64,000 nucleotides of DNA from a virus (Duplodnaviria; Caudoviricetes), in the IMG/VR virus record IMGVR_UViG_3300046460_000148, positions 2,195 through 66,194 of that record; one strand, 5' to 3'. Positions 29,976 through 38,076 of this stretch are shown piece after piece. The translations under genes were made by a program, and so were the position numbers. Each line of letters starts with the position of its first letter. The stretch's first letter is position 1. Under the pieces are notes generated by a model. That model had not been told where the DNA came from. It was given only the letters and a program-made list of their open reading frames with translations, and searched no databases.

Positions 29976-30238
29976 TCGCCTTTCTCGCAAGCCCGATCGG
30001 CAAGATTGCCGCCGCCATCATCGTCGCCGCCGTGCTGGTCGGCGCCGGCTATATCAAAGGCCGATCAGATGGCAAACTTCGGCAGATGAAAGATACCGTT
30101 GAGGCGGTTCAAAATCGCGGGGTGATTAACAATGAAGTCAGCAAGCTTGGCGATTATAGCCTCTGCCTTCGCCTTGGTGGGATGCCAGACGACTGCGCTC
30201 AATTGCGCGGGATGGACGCCGCCCCCCAAGGCAAATAA
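29972..30238 (+). CDS. i-spanin (Rz-like)
   Basis: N-terminal TM segment; overlaps a lipoprotein ORF. Confidence 0.65.
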   Translation: MIAFLASPIGKIAAAIIVAAVLVGAGYIKGRSDGKLRQMKDTVEAVQNRGVINNEVSKLGDYSLCLRLGGMPDDCAQLRGMDAAPQGK

Positions 30239-30329
30239 CCCGGTTAGGCTGGTCCAGGAGGAACAGGGTCTTTCCCGCTGGATCATCGCGACCGATCAGT
30301 TCGGAAAGAAACAAGGTTGCTGGAAATAG
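30132..30329 (+). CDS. o-spanin (Rz1-like lipoprotein)
   Basis: Lipobox LVGC, Pro-rich, +1 frame overlap with i-spanin. Confidence 0.7.
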   Translation: MKSASLAIIASAFALVGCQTTALNCAGWTPPPKANNPVRLVQEEQGLSRWIIATDQFGKKQGCWK

Positions 30330-30340
30330 GAGAAATTCCG

Positions 30341-30544
30341 ATGCCGCTTTTGCAGATGCTTTTGGTGATCTTGGTCATCTCGCTTGTCGCCGCCCTTGTT
30401 GCCGGCGTGCTTGTCTTCCTGATCCGGAGCGCGCCGTTCCTGCCTGAACCTTATAAGGCGTGGGCAGTATGGGCGGTCATCGCGATCGTCGTGCTGGTCG
30501 CGCTGATCAAGATTTTGCCGGCAGTGGGAGTGCTCACCTATTGA
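30341..30544 (+). CDS. small two-TM membrane protein (holin candidate)
   Basis: AGGAG RBS; two hydrophobic segments. Confidence 0.55.
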   Translation: MPLLQMLLVILVISLVAALVAGVLVFLIRSAPFLPEPYKAWAVWAVIAIVVLVALIKILPAVGVLTY

Positions 30545-31008
30545 ACGTGCGCGCCGCTCTTGCCATTGGGTGGCGCTGGTTTGCCCACGCATCCGGCGTC
30601 ATCCTCATCGCTGGGTCGATCTCCTATGGCGTCCTGCATCTCTTCTCGATCAATGGCCCGGTCGTTACCGTAACCGAGGGGCCGGGCTACATTTCCACCG
30701 TCGTGCCCTACAGAGGGGTCCTGACCTACAAGATTTCGACCCAGCGCCACGCCTCCTGTCCCGGCCGGGTGATCGCCAGCTTTATCAATCAGGGCGGGGG
30801 TCCGCCGGTTACCGTCCTCTTGAGCCGGCCGATCCTTTCCACCGAGATCAAGCAGACCGACGACGCCACTATTTATCTTCAATTGCCTGAGAACGTTTAC
30901 CCCGGCCGCTGGTTATTCCGGTCAGTGGTGGACAGCACATGTCCGACCTATTCGCGCCAGGATGTAACCGCACAGTTCCCGTTCGAGGTGACCCATCATG
31001 TGGACTGA
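30541..31008 (+). CDS. membrane-anchored hypothetical protein
   Basis: N-terminal TM, beta-rich domain with two Cys. Confidence 0.55.
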   Translation: MNVRAALAIGWRWFAHASGVILIAGSISYGVLHLFSINGPVVTVTEGPGYISTVVPYRGVLTYKISTQRHASCPGRVIASFINQGGGPPVTVLLSRPILSTEIKQTDDATIYLQLPENVYPGRWLFRSVVDSTCPTYSRQDVTAQFPFEVTHHVD

Positions 31009-31372
31009 CATCCTCAATTTCTTCGGCGCCGAACGCTATTCACAGCACTCCATCTGCCTGACCAATGACCCCGTCATGATCTTCCTCTATGTGCTGTCTG
31101 ATCTTTCCACCTTCGCGTCCTATATCGCGATCGGCATTTCACTGTTGCTCGTAGCGCGCGTTCCGCCCATTCGCGTGAGGCCAACGATGCGGCTCTTGTT
31201 CGGGTCTTTCATCTTCCTATGTGGTCTTTCTCATCTGACGTCCGTGATTACCCTCTTCACCGGCGTCTATCGTCTCGACATCATGATCAGGGCCGCGATG
31301 GCCGCCGTCTCGGTCATGACTGCAATTGCCACGGTCAACGACTACTATCGTCAACAGCCGAAAGTCACGTGA
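30998..31372 (+). CDS. stand-alone ETR1-type ethylene-binding (Cu) transmembrane domain protein
   Basis: SDLSTFASYIAIG and FGSFIFLCGLSHL match ETR1 SDFFIAIAYFSIP and FGAFIVLCGATHL; three TM helices. Confidence 0.8.
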   Translation: MWTDILNFFGAERYSQHSICLTNDPVMIFLYVLSDLSTFASYIAIGISLLLVARVPPIRVRPTMRLLFGSFIFLCGLSHLTSVITLFTGVYRLDIMIRAAMAAVSVMTAIATVNDYYRQQPKVT

Positions 31373-31373
31373 C

Positions 31374-31574
31374 ATGGATGCGGAGGCGTTCTTGACTGTA
31401 ACGGCGACATTCCTCATCGCGATCAGTTGCGGCGTCATTTCATATCGGGTTTCCATCCGGCAAGCGAAACAGGAGATCGACGCGGCCTTCCAGCAGCACA
31501 TCGAGCGGATGCACCAAGAGCATCGACTGTTCGTTGAGGAGGTTGTGGAGACGATTGAGCAACCGAAGGACTGA
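31374..31574 (+). CDS. small membrane protein
   Basis: One TM plus charged tail. Confidence 0.5.
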   Translation: MDAEAFLTVTATFLIAISCGVISYRVSIRQAKQEIDAAFQQHIERMHQEHRLFVEEVVETIEQPKD

Positions 31575-31577
31575 GAT

Positions 31578-31901
31578 GTGGACCTCGCACCTTTTCTCAC
31601 GTTCGGCGGGGCTGTCCTCACTGCTGTGTTCACCGTCATCGGTACTATCTATGTCGCCCGCTCCCGGACGAAGACTGATCTCGGCGCTTCCATCACCAGC
31701 GGCTTCCGGGAACTGACCGATCAGCTCCAGGAGGAGCGCAGCCAATTGAGCGAGATCATCAGGCGGCAGCGGGAGGAGTTGGCGAACGTCGAAAAGCTGA
31801 CGGACAGGCAGGAGCACACAATTCGGCGAATGCGCCGCCGTGTGGCCCTCCTGGAAAGCAAACTGGCAAAGGCCGGGCTGGATATACCGCCCGGCGACTG
31901 A
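31578..31901 (+). CDS. TM + coiled-coil protein (lysis-region, holin/antiholin-like)
   Basis: N-terminal TM, coiled coil. Confidence 0.55.
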   Translation: MDLAPFLTFGGAVLTAVFTVIGTIYVARSRTKTDLGASITSGFRELTDQLQEERSQLSEIIRRQREELANVEKLTDRQEHTIRRMRRRVALLESKLAKAGLDIPPGD

Positions 31902-31910
31902 GCGCGTTCC

Positions 31911-32249
31911 TTAGCGAAATTCGGGCGGCTTGCAAACATTGCCCGGAGCGTCAGCGAACATCGGCGCGATCTGCCCCGGCGTGTAGCCGGCGAGGCCGCA
32001 CCCGATCGCCGTGAGATTGAATGTCAGCTCCGGGTGATTGCGCGCGAACTCCAGGAAGCGCTCGACATGCATCCGAATGTTATCCAGGTGCAGCGTCCGA
32101 ATATAATGGTCCTTCGTCGGTATGCCGTAAGACCTCCCTTGAAGGCCCTCGCCCTGGCCGTAAATCGCCCCGTGATTTTTGAGCGCAAACAGCGCCGCGC
32201 CCTTCCCGTGCCGGCCGGCGAGATTGCTTCCGAAAACGAAGATATTCAA
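31911..32249 (-). CDS. A1S_2505-like phage non-structural protein
   Basis: IFVFGSNLAGRHGKGAA, SYGIPTK, TAIGCGLAGY. Confidence 0.75.
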   Translation of the reverse strand: MNIFVFGSNLAGRHGKGAALFALKNHGAIYGQGEGLQGRSYGIPTKDHYIRTLHLDNIRMHVERFLEFARNHPELTFNLTAIGCGLAGYTPGQIAPMFADAPGNVCKPPEFR

Positions 32250-32512
32250 AGCGGGTCCGCTCCTTCTCTGACGGCGATCTCAATCCACGCAGAGATCGCC
32301 GCGCGGCTCGTCAGGCCGTCGATCGATCTGCGTAAGTCCCCGATCTTCTCACCTTGCCAGAGCGGCTCGGCAATCCACTGCCGGAGGTAGGCGCGCATCG
32401 CCGCAATGTGTTCGGGCGACATGTCCCCGCCGCTCAGATAAGCCTTGACGGCGGGCCGCAAGACGCCGCTTGTTTCATTCATCCAATATCCGGGCACACG
32501 CACGATCTTCAT
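32246..32512 (-). CDS. hypothetical protein
   Basis: ORF coupled to downstream gene. Confidence 0.6.
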   Translation of the reverse strand: MKIVRVPGYWMNETSGVLRPAVKAYLSGGDMSPEHIAAMRAYLRQWIAEPLWQGEKIGDLRRSIDGLTSRAAISAWIEIAVREGADPL

Positions 32513-32582
32513 ATCCTGATGCTTCCACGGTTCCCTCCCGGCGCGGGCTGGAACTCCTGACCAACGGCGCCCGCGCCCACCT

Positions 32583-32612
32583 GCCCCGCCCTAACCGGTG
32601 GGGCCTTTTTTT
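32583..32612 (+). terminator. Rho-independent terminator
   Basis: GCCCCGCC / GGTGGGGC stem + T7. Confidence 0.6.
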
Positions 32613-32645
32613 ATGCGACAAAATTCGGGTCGTGTCTGCCCGGTT

Positions 32646-32916
32646 TGTGCCATCCTTTGTGCCAGTGAGCCGCCGGGACCGAAAGGGAAAGCCCGGAAAA
32701 CATGGGAAATGGACGGCACAAACATGGCACAAAGGCCCCGGAGTAACCGGAGCCTTTTTCTTTTCAAGCCGCTGTATTTCTTAGGGAATTTGATGGTAGC
32801 GGAGGAGGGATTTGAACCCCCGACACAAGGATTATGATTCCCGTGTCAGCGTTGTTTTTATTAAGTTTTTTGTCATTTTGTGCCAGTGTTGTGCCATCCG
32901 TGCCGGCGCTGTGCCG
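32646..32916. repeat. integrase arm-type sites (TGTGCCA and variants)
   Basis: TGTGCCA at 32646, 32658, 32879, 32890; inverted at 32725; variants at 32714, 32899, 32910, on both sides of the core. Confidence 0.7.
32794..32841 (-). mobile_element. attP core = 3' half of tRNA-Met(CAT)
   Basis: Reverse strand reads GGAATCATAATCCTTGTGTCGGGGGTTCAAATCCCTCCTCCGCTACCA (anticodon loop, T-arm, CCA); next to integrase. Confidence 0.88.
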
Positions 32917-32924
32917 CTGCCCCT

Positions 32925-34166
32925 TTACCCTAGCAATGACCGTTCAGCGGCGGCCAGCTCGTCGGCATCATCGCCGCGCGGGAACAAATGCCCGTAGCAG
33001 TCGAGCGTCATTTGAATACTCGAATGCCCCAGCCGTTCTTGCACTGACTTGACCGGCAGCTCCAGACCGCCGTCAACCTTCCGGTTGATGCACCACGAGG
33101 CGAAGAAGTGCCGGAGCGAATGAAGGCCGCTGTACTTCGCCAGCATGATCGGTTTGCCGTGCTTGTCTAGCTCCCCCGAGGGAACCGAGACCCCTGCCCT
33201 GATTCCAGCCGGGATCAGTCCCCGGTTGACAATATTGGCATGGCTTTCAAGCTTCCCCTTGCCGTTCGGAAAAACGTAATGAAGTTCCATGATGGGCTTG
33301 CCGGCTTCATCAACCCGCCCCGTATCTCGGCGCGGGCAGACTAACCGCCATTCCCGAAGCGTGTTTGTCACGATAGGTGAAACCGGAATGGTGCGCTCGC
33401 CGGCTTCGGATTTCGGACGGCCAATCTTGCCGTATTCATCGGCGCGCTGGCAGACGCTGATCGATCGTCCCTCCAGATCGACATCCTCCCACCGCAAACC
33501 GCGTAGCTCCGATGAGCGCATACCGCTGAAAATTGCGGTGATCAGCAGCGGACGCCAATGGCCCATGCCGTCGAGCGCGTTGATGATCGCGCGGACCTCG
33601 GCCGGCATCGGGATGTGAACCCCTATCTTGAGTTTGCCCTTGCTGCGGCGCTCCGCCCGCTTTTCTTTCCCACCCCGGCGCTGACGCATGTCCCTGACCG
33701 GATTCCGGGTCGCCAACCCGCGTTCAACCGCATCCCCCAAAATGCCGCCGAGTGACACGAGCACCTTTTTGATCATCGCGGCAGAGCGACCATCCGCCCT
33801 GAGTTTGTCTTCGAACTCCCGGATCAAAGGCACCGATAGCTTTGACACCAGCGTGTCGCCGATGAACGCCTCGATGTGGAATTTTAGATGGCGCCGGCGC
33901 TGGTCCAGGGTGCTCCGCTCAAGACCCTCCCCCTCACCGGTCGCAATCCACAGCTCAGCGGCTTTTCGGACGTTAACGCTGTCGCGGTCAGCAACGTGGG
34001 TGCCTTCACGAACCTCAATCTTCGCCTTCTCCACGAAAGCGTCCGCATCCTTTTTCCGGCCGAACGACTGACGATGCCGGACGCCCTTGGCGTCAATATA
34101 ATCGGCCATCCACGATTCGCCTTCCGACCCGTCTCTGTTCGTCCATTTGCGCTTGCGTACCGACAT
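32925..34166 (-). CDS. int: tyrosine integrase
   Basis: SGMRSSELRGL, PKS, HSLRHFFAS, LGHSSIQMTLDCYGH. Confidence 0.95.
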   Translation of the reverse strand: MSVRKRKWTNRDGSEGESWMADYIDAKGVRHRQSFGRKKDADAFVEKAKIEVREGTHVADRDSVNVRKAAELWIATGEGEGLERSTLDQRRRHLKFHIEAFIGDTLVSKLSVPLIREFEDKLRADGRSAAMIKKVLVSLGGILGDAVERGLATRNPVRDMRQRRGGKEKRAERRSKGKLKIGVHIPMPAEVRAIINALDGMGHWRPLLITAIFSGMRSSELRGLRWEDVDLEGRSISVCQRADEYGKIGRPKSEAGERTIPVSPIVTNTLREWRLVCPRRDTGRVDEAGKPIMELHYVFPNGKGKLESHANIVNRGLIPAGIRAGVSVPSGELDKHGKPIMLAKYSGLHSLRHFFASWCINRKVDGGLELPVKSVQERLGHSSIQMTLDCYGHLFPRGDDADELAAAERSLLG

Positions 34167-34168
34167 TG

Positions 34169-34402
34169 TCAGTGACCTCCCCCAAGCTGGTCTAGCCGAT
34201 CGGCAATCCACATTTTGATCAGCGCCTGCCGGGTTATCCCCCGGCGCTGCGATTCCTGATCGAGCCCTTCGACCATCCATGTCGTGAAATCGACGTTGAC
34301 ACGCTTGACCTCAAGGTTCGGCCGGCGTCCCTTTGTCCAATCCACCTCGCCGCTGACGTCCTCTCCGGCATCAAAGCGCCGGTCAAATTCAGTTGCTTTC
34401 AT
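34169..34402 (-). CDS. brnA: BrnA/CopG-like antitoxin (RHH)
   Basis: EFDRRFDAGEDV, KRVNVDF, ITRQALIKMWI. Confidence 0.85.
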   Translation of the reverse strand: MKATEFDRRFDAGEDVSGEVDWTKGRRPNLEVKRVNVDFTTWMVEGLDQESQRRGITRQALIKMWIADRLDQLGGGH

Positions 34403-34652
34403 AATGCGCTACCTCCTGTTGTCTGGCCCGGCGCACCGAAATAATCCGTATCTTTGCGCCGCGATGGGTGATGACCGCCGTCCAGTGTTTCCCGGCGATC
34501 ATGCCGATAGCGAGGAAGCGCGGTTCATCTTCGGTTTTTGCAGGGAATTCTAAGAGCCGACTATCGAGCCACAGCGCCTGTGCCTCGACGAAACCAATGC
34601 CGTGTTTGGCCTTGTTGCTGTCACTCTTCGCCGGGTCAAATTCGAAATCCAT
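34389..34652 (-). CDS. brnT: BrnT-family toxin
   Basis: FEFDPAKSDSNKAKHGIGF, EPRFLAIG, IRIISVRRAR. Confidence 0.9.
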   Translation of the reverse strand: MDFEFDPAKSDSNKAKHGIGFVEAQALWLDSRLLEFPAKTEDEPRFLAIGMIAGKHWTAVITHRGAKIRIISVRRARQQEVAHYESN

Positions 34653-34713
34653 AAAATAAGTATAGGTATAAAAACGGTATAAAGCAAGCGCACGCGGAGT
34701 AGTGGAAAAGGTG

Positions 34714-34920
34714 TTAGTTCAGGAAGTGCTCGCGCAGCTTCATTTTCGAGGCGACCCATCGATTGCCGATTTTTTTGGCCGGCAGCTCCCCGCGTTCAAG
34801 CATGTTGTAAGTGACCTTCTCGCCGCGACCGATCTCGCGGGCGATTTCTTGAGCGCCCCACAGGAGGTCATCGCTGAGACCGGCCGGCGGCGCTGGATCA
34901 GGTTTTAGATGCATCGTCAT
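34714..34920 (-). CDS. excisionase-like HTH protein
   Basis: LLWGAQEIAREIG...GELPAKKIGNRW; upstream of int. Confidence 0.75.
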   Translation of the reverse strand: MTMHLKPDPAPPAGLSDDLLWGAQEIAREIGRGEKVTYNMLERGELPAKKIGNRWVASKMKLREHFLN

Positions 34921-34953
34921 TGTAACGGCTTCCTTGTTGCTGAACTGCATTTC

Positions 34954-35510
34954 ACCTTGCTTCGCCGTGCCCTGCTTTGCCCCGCCCCGCCCAGCCGTGC
35001 CTAACCGTGCCACGTCATCGCCGTTCGAAAATTCACAAACCTCAATCCTTGCCCTGCCCTGCTTCGCCGCTCCACGCCGAGCCTTTCCCGGCTGTGCCGC
35101 ACCTAGCTCGGCCCTGCCCTGCTTCGAAAATTCAAAAACTCAAATCCTTGCTTTGCCTCGCCTCGCCGGGCCTTGCTCGACCTAACCCCGCCAAGCTACG
35201 CCCTGCTATGCCCCGCCTCGCCTTGCCTCACCTAGCCAATCCTCGCAGTGCCCGGCTTTGCCCGGCCATGCGATGCCCCGCCATATTCAAAATCGACAAA
35301 CCTCAATCCTTGCATTGCCGCTCCGCGCCTTGCCCCGCCATGCATCGCTGAGCCCCGCCTCACCTTGCCTAGCCTAGCCTAGCCGTGCCCTGCCGCGCCT
35401 TGCCATGCCGTTCGAAAATTCACAAAACGCAATCCTTGCCCTGCCCCGCCACGCCTAGCCTAGCTCTGCCCTGCCGAGCCCCACCTAGCCACGCCAGCTA
35501 TTTCGAATCC
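34954..35510 (-). repeat. array of five GGY-NN pentamer tracts separated by a conserved ~28-nt linker (candidate guide RNA array)
   Basis: Linker TTCGAAAATTCACAAACCTCAATCCTTG-like at 35024, 35123, 35286, 35411; tracts of about 12, 15, 27, 20 and 12 units. Confidence 0.88.
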
Positions 35511-35518
35511 GACCTCAA

Positions 35519-35782
35519 TCACTTGCGGCTCTGCGCTTCCACATCCTTGACGAAGTCGATGACTTCATCCTCCATGATCCCCAGAGCCACCTCCAACCGG
35601 TGGCCGAGTTCCATTCCCTTCCGCAGCACATGCGAGAACGCGATGGCGCCTGAATAGAAGCTCATGCGCATTTCAATGTATTGCTGGGAGTCGGTGGGCA
35701 ATCCGTCGTAGCAGGAGGTCACATAGCTTTTCCAAAGCTGCTCGATGAAGTCCGTCCGGCCCGGTTTCTCATTGTCGTTCAT
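35519..35782 (-). CDS. hypothetical protein
   Basis: QYIEMRMSFYSGA; coupled operon. Confidence 0.6.
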   Translation of the reverse strand: MNDNEKPGRTDFIEQLWKSYVTSCYDGLPTDSQQYIEMRMSFYSGAIAFSHVLRKGMELGHRLEVALGIMEDEVIDFVKDVEAQSRK

Positions 35783-36357
35783 GCCGGTGTCCTCCCGATC
35801 CGGTCTGCCAGGACCGCGCGTTCGACCTCAGTCAAGTCCCAGGCGCCGCAGACAAGCCACGTGTCGCCACGGCCGATCCTCCGGAGCAGCATCGGGTCCG
35901 GGGGAATGTCTTTCCAGTTCGCCTCAAACAGGATGTGATAGTTCGCCAGCCCGCGCGCCGGGCGGATATCCGGCGGGATATGCGGGACTATTGCCTCGGC
36001 CATTCTATGGCGGCCGGGGAAAGTGCCGTCCGGAAACTCGATGTAACGGCTCTTGGCCGTGTTGCTGGTGATCCATTTCAGGTCGGAGGTCATGCGGGCC
36101 GAGCCGTCGTGCCGGATGGTCAGGTGGCAGAGCGCGGCGTCGGCGCGGGCGATGCCGAGGAGCGGCAGGCCATACTCATTGACGCCGGCCGCCTTGATCG
36201 ATGCGAGCGCCCGAACGACCTTCCGGCCTTTCGAGATGAGATAATAAATCCGCTCAATCTCCTGATCGATCGGCGTCGAATAGGCGCGGTGCTCCCGGTA
36301 CTTTCGATACAGCCGGGCCGCCTCGCCTATTTCGAGGTCAAGCGTTTGGGTCTCCAT
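35779..36357 (-). CDS. hypothetical protein
   Basis: AIVPHIPP...YHILFEANW...DPMLL...WDLT. Confidence 0.65.
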   Translation of the reverse strand: METQTLDLEIGEAARLYRKYREHRAYSTPIDQEIERIYYLISKGRKVVRALASIKAAGVNEYGLPLLGIARADAALCHLTIRHDGSARMTSDLKWITSNTAKSRYIEFPDGTFPGRHRMAEAIVPHIPPDIRPARGLANYHILFEANWKDIPPDPMLLRRIGRGDTWLVCGAWDLTEVERAVLADRIGRTPA

Positions 36358-37141
36358 TGCCTTTCTCCCTTTTGCCAGAGGCGAGCGCGTCGAGATAGCG
36401 CCGGGCCTCTGCTTCCTTCATCGTTCCATCAACAACCTTGCTGGCGATCTCGCGGCAATTCCGGATAAAGGGCGCATCGTCCACGGGCGCGGTCTTGAGC
36501 CATCCCTGTTCCAGCCAACCGAGTCCGTCATGCCGGGCTTCGATGGTCAGGCTTTCATCGGTCGCGTAACGCAGGAATTTTTTGACCGCCTCCGGCTTGA
36601 GCGAAGGCGGTTCGGTTGATCGCGGCAGCGGCGCCGGCTCCCGTGATGGGAGTTGCGGCCTGTTACCGGCGCCGCTGCCTTCATCGGTCCCGCTGGAGGT
36701 CGGGGCCGACGGTTCCTGATCTTTGCCCGGATCAGCCGATTCCTTGGAAAGCGTCTCGGGATCAACACCGGTGATCCGGTGCAGGATCAACATGGCGCCT
36801 TCATAAAATTCTTCGAATTCCGGCTCTTCCAGATCGCTCAGGCTACGGGAATAGATCACCTGGACCCCGCCGACGGTCCGGCCTTCCTCGGTGATGCCGA
36901 GGAGGCGCTTGAGTTCATTGTTCGCTTCATCGACGTTTCGAAACTTGGTGGGGCAATCCTTCACGACGCGGGCGAGGATTGCGAAATACTTCCGGCGCTT
37001 CCAGGTCTGATCGGCCGCCGGCTTGAGCGTCATGATCGTACCATTGCGGAAGCTGTCCAGGCGCTCCTGGGTAAACGGGTCAGCCGGCGTCAGTTTGCCG
37101 GGACCGACTACCATGCGCAGCGGGGGAAATTCGCTCTTCAT
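36338..37141 (-). CDS. DUF1367/NinB-like recombination-associated protein
   Basis: RRKYFAIL...RSLSDLEEPEFEEFYE; near bet. Confidence 0.5.
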   Translation of the reverse strand: MKSEFPPLRMVVGPGKLTPADPFTQERLDSFRNGTIMTLKPAADQTWKRRKYFAILARVVKDCPTKFRNVDEANNELKRLLGITEEGRTVGGVQVIYSRSLSDLEEPEFEEFYEGAMLILHRITGVDPETLSKESADPGKDQEPSAPTSSGTDEGSGAGNRPQLPSREPAPLPRSTEPPSLKPEAVKKFLRYATDESLTIEARHDGLGWLEQGWLKTAPVDDAPFIRNCREIASKVVDGTMKEAEARRYLDALASGKREKGNGDPNA

Positions 37142-37782
37142 GCCGGCACCTTCACATCAAGTATCTTTTCGAAATCACGCCGCATCTTGTTCAGCTCCTT
37201 GATGCCGGCGGGTCCGTCGCTCTTGGCCGCGTTCTCCAGCAGCGGAAAGCCGGAGGCAATCGAAGCGTCAACCTCGTCACGGGTGGCCGGCCGGGCCTTG
37301 GCGTAAAACTCAACTTCGGTCGGGTCGCCGATGCGGAAGAGCACGCCGTTATGAACCTCCATCTTCTGATAGGAGTCGGTGACCCAGATTGCGCAGACGC
37401 CCGGATTGCGATCGATCATCTGTCCGGCGACATGCCTGTCCTTCGGCAGATCGCGTTCATTGCGCTTCGCCAGCGGCTGCGTGAGGAACGGGCAATTCTT
37501 CGCCGCGAACCGCGCGCACGTGTAGTGGCTGGGCGGCTCGGACGACACCCGGTTGATGCAACACATGGGGCCGATCACGAAAGCCTTGTGCCGGCCCATC
37601 GTGTCACCGCAGAGCCAGCAGAGCTTGCGACGGTAGCAATCCGAAACCCAGCCGGGCTTAACCAGACGGAAGTCCGGGATGCCGTCACGGGTGTGAACAA
37701 ACTTCGGGATAGGAAAGCCGCGCGCATCGCGCGGCAGTCGTTCGAAGCGCTGCGGCATGTCCGTGAACAGACGGTCAATCAT
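37138..37782 (-). CDS. Cys-rich hypothetical protein
   Basis: RGFPIPKFV, CWLCG, GPMC, EPPSHYTCARFAAKNCPFL. Confidence 0.65.
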   Translation of the reverse strand: MIDRLFTDMPQRFERLPRDARGFPIPKFVHTRDGIPDFRLVKPGWVSDCYRRKLCWLCGDTMGRHKAFVIGPMCCINRVSSEPPSHYTCARFAAKNCPFLTQPLAKRNERDLPKDRHVAGQMIDRNPGVCAIWVTDSYQKMEVHNGVLFRIGDPTEVEFYAKARPATRDEVDASIASGFPLLENAAKSDGPAGIKELNKMRRDFEKILDVKVPA

Positions 37783-38057
37783 GCCAATGCCCCTTTTGCT
37801 CGCAGGAGGGCGCCGCCGAATGACCACGGCTCTTTTCTGGCGATCTCATTCCAACCCGGCGGCAAGATCGACGCCGACAAGCGGCCCGGCAGGATGGCGC
37901 TCTTGCTGTCAACCTGGGCGCCCTTGATGCCGCGATGTTGCAGGTATTGCGCAATCATGCAGCATGAGCCATCCATGTAATCGTAGCGCTTGGCCGGGTC
38001 CTTTCTGCTGAGAAATTCGATCAGGCTGCTATTGTCGAAGATCGGTTTCATTTGCAC
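37779..38057 (-). CDS. hypothetical protein
   Basis: AAGGAGG RBS. Confidence 0.6.
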   Translation of the reverse strand: MQMKPIFDNSSLIEFLSRKDPAKRYDYMDGSCCMIAQYLQHRGIKGAQVDSKSAILPGRLSASILPPGWNEIARKEPWSFGGALLRAKGALA

Positions 38058-38076
38058 TTCCTCCTTGGGTTTTGGG

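Noticed and set aside
32794-32870. Complete tRNA gene
   Set aside because: Only the 3' half is present; there is no D-arm or 5' acceptor strand, so it is an att core.
34167-34280. N-terminal extension of integrase in the ORF track
   Set aside because: It overlaps the antitoxin gene; MSVRKRKW at 34166 has a GGAGG RBS.
35024-35438. Canonical CRISPR array (four ~28-nt repeats)
   Set aside because: Intervening sequences are about 70-135 nt, unequal and themselves 5-nt periodic; repeats are degenerate; no cas1 or cas2. Reported as a different array type.
34934-35657. ORFs over the pentamer array (34934-35185, 34977-35351, 35385-35657)
   Set aside because: Low-complexity P/C/A/L/R translations produced by the repeat, antisense to the operon, with no RBS.
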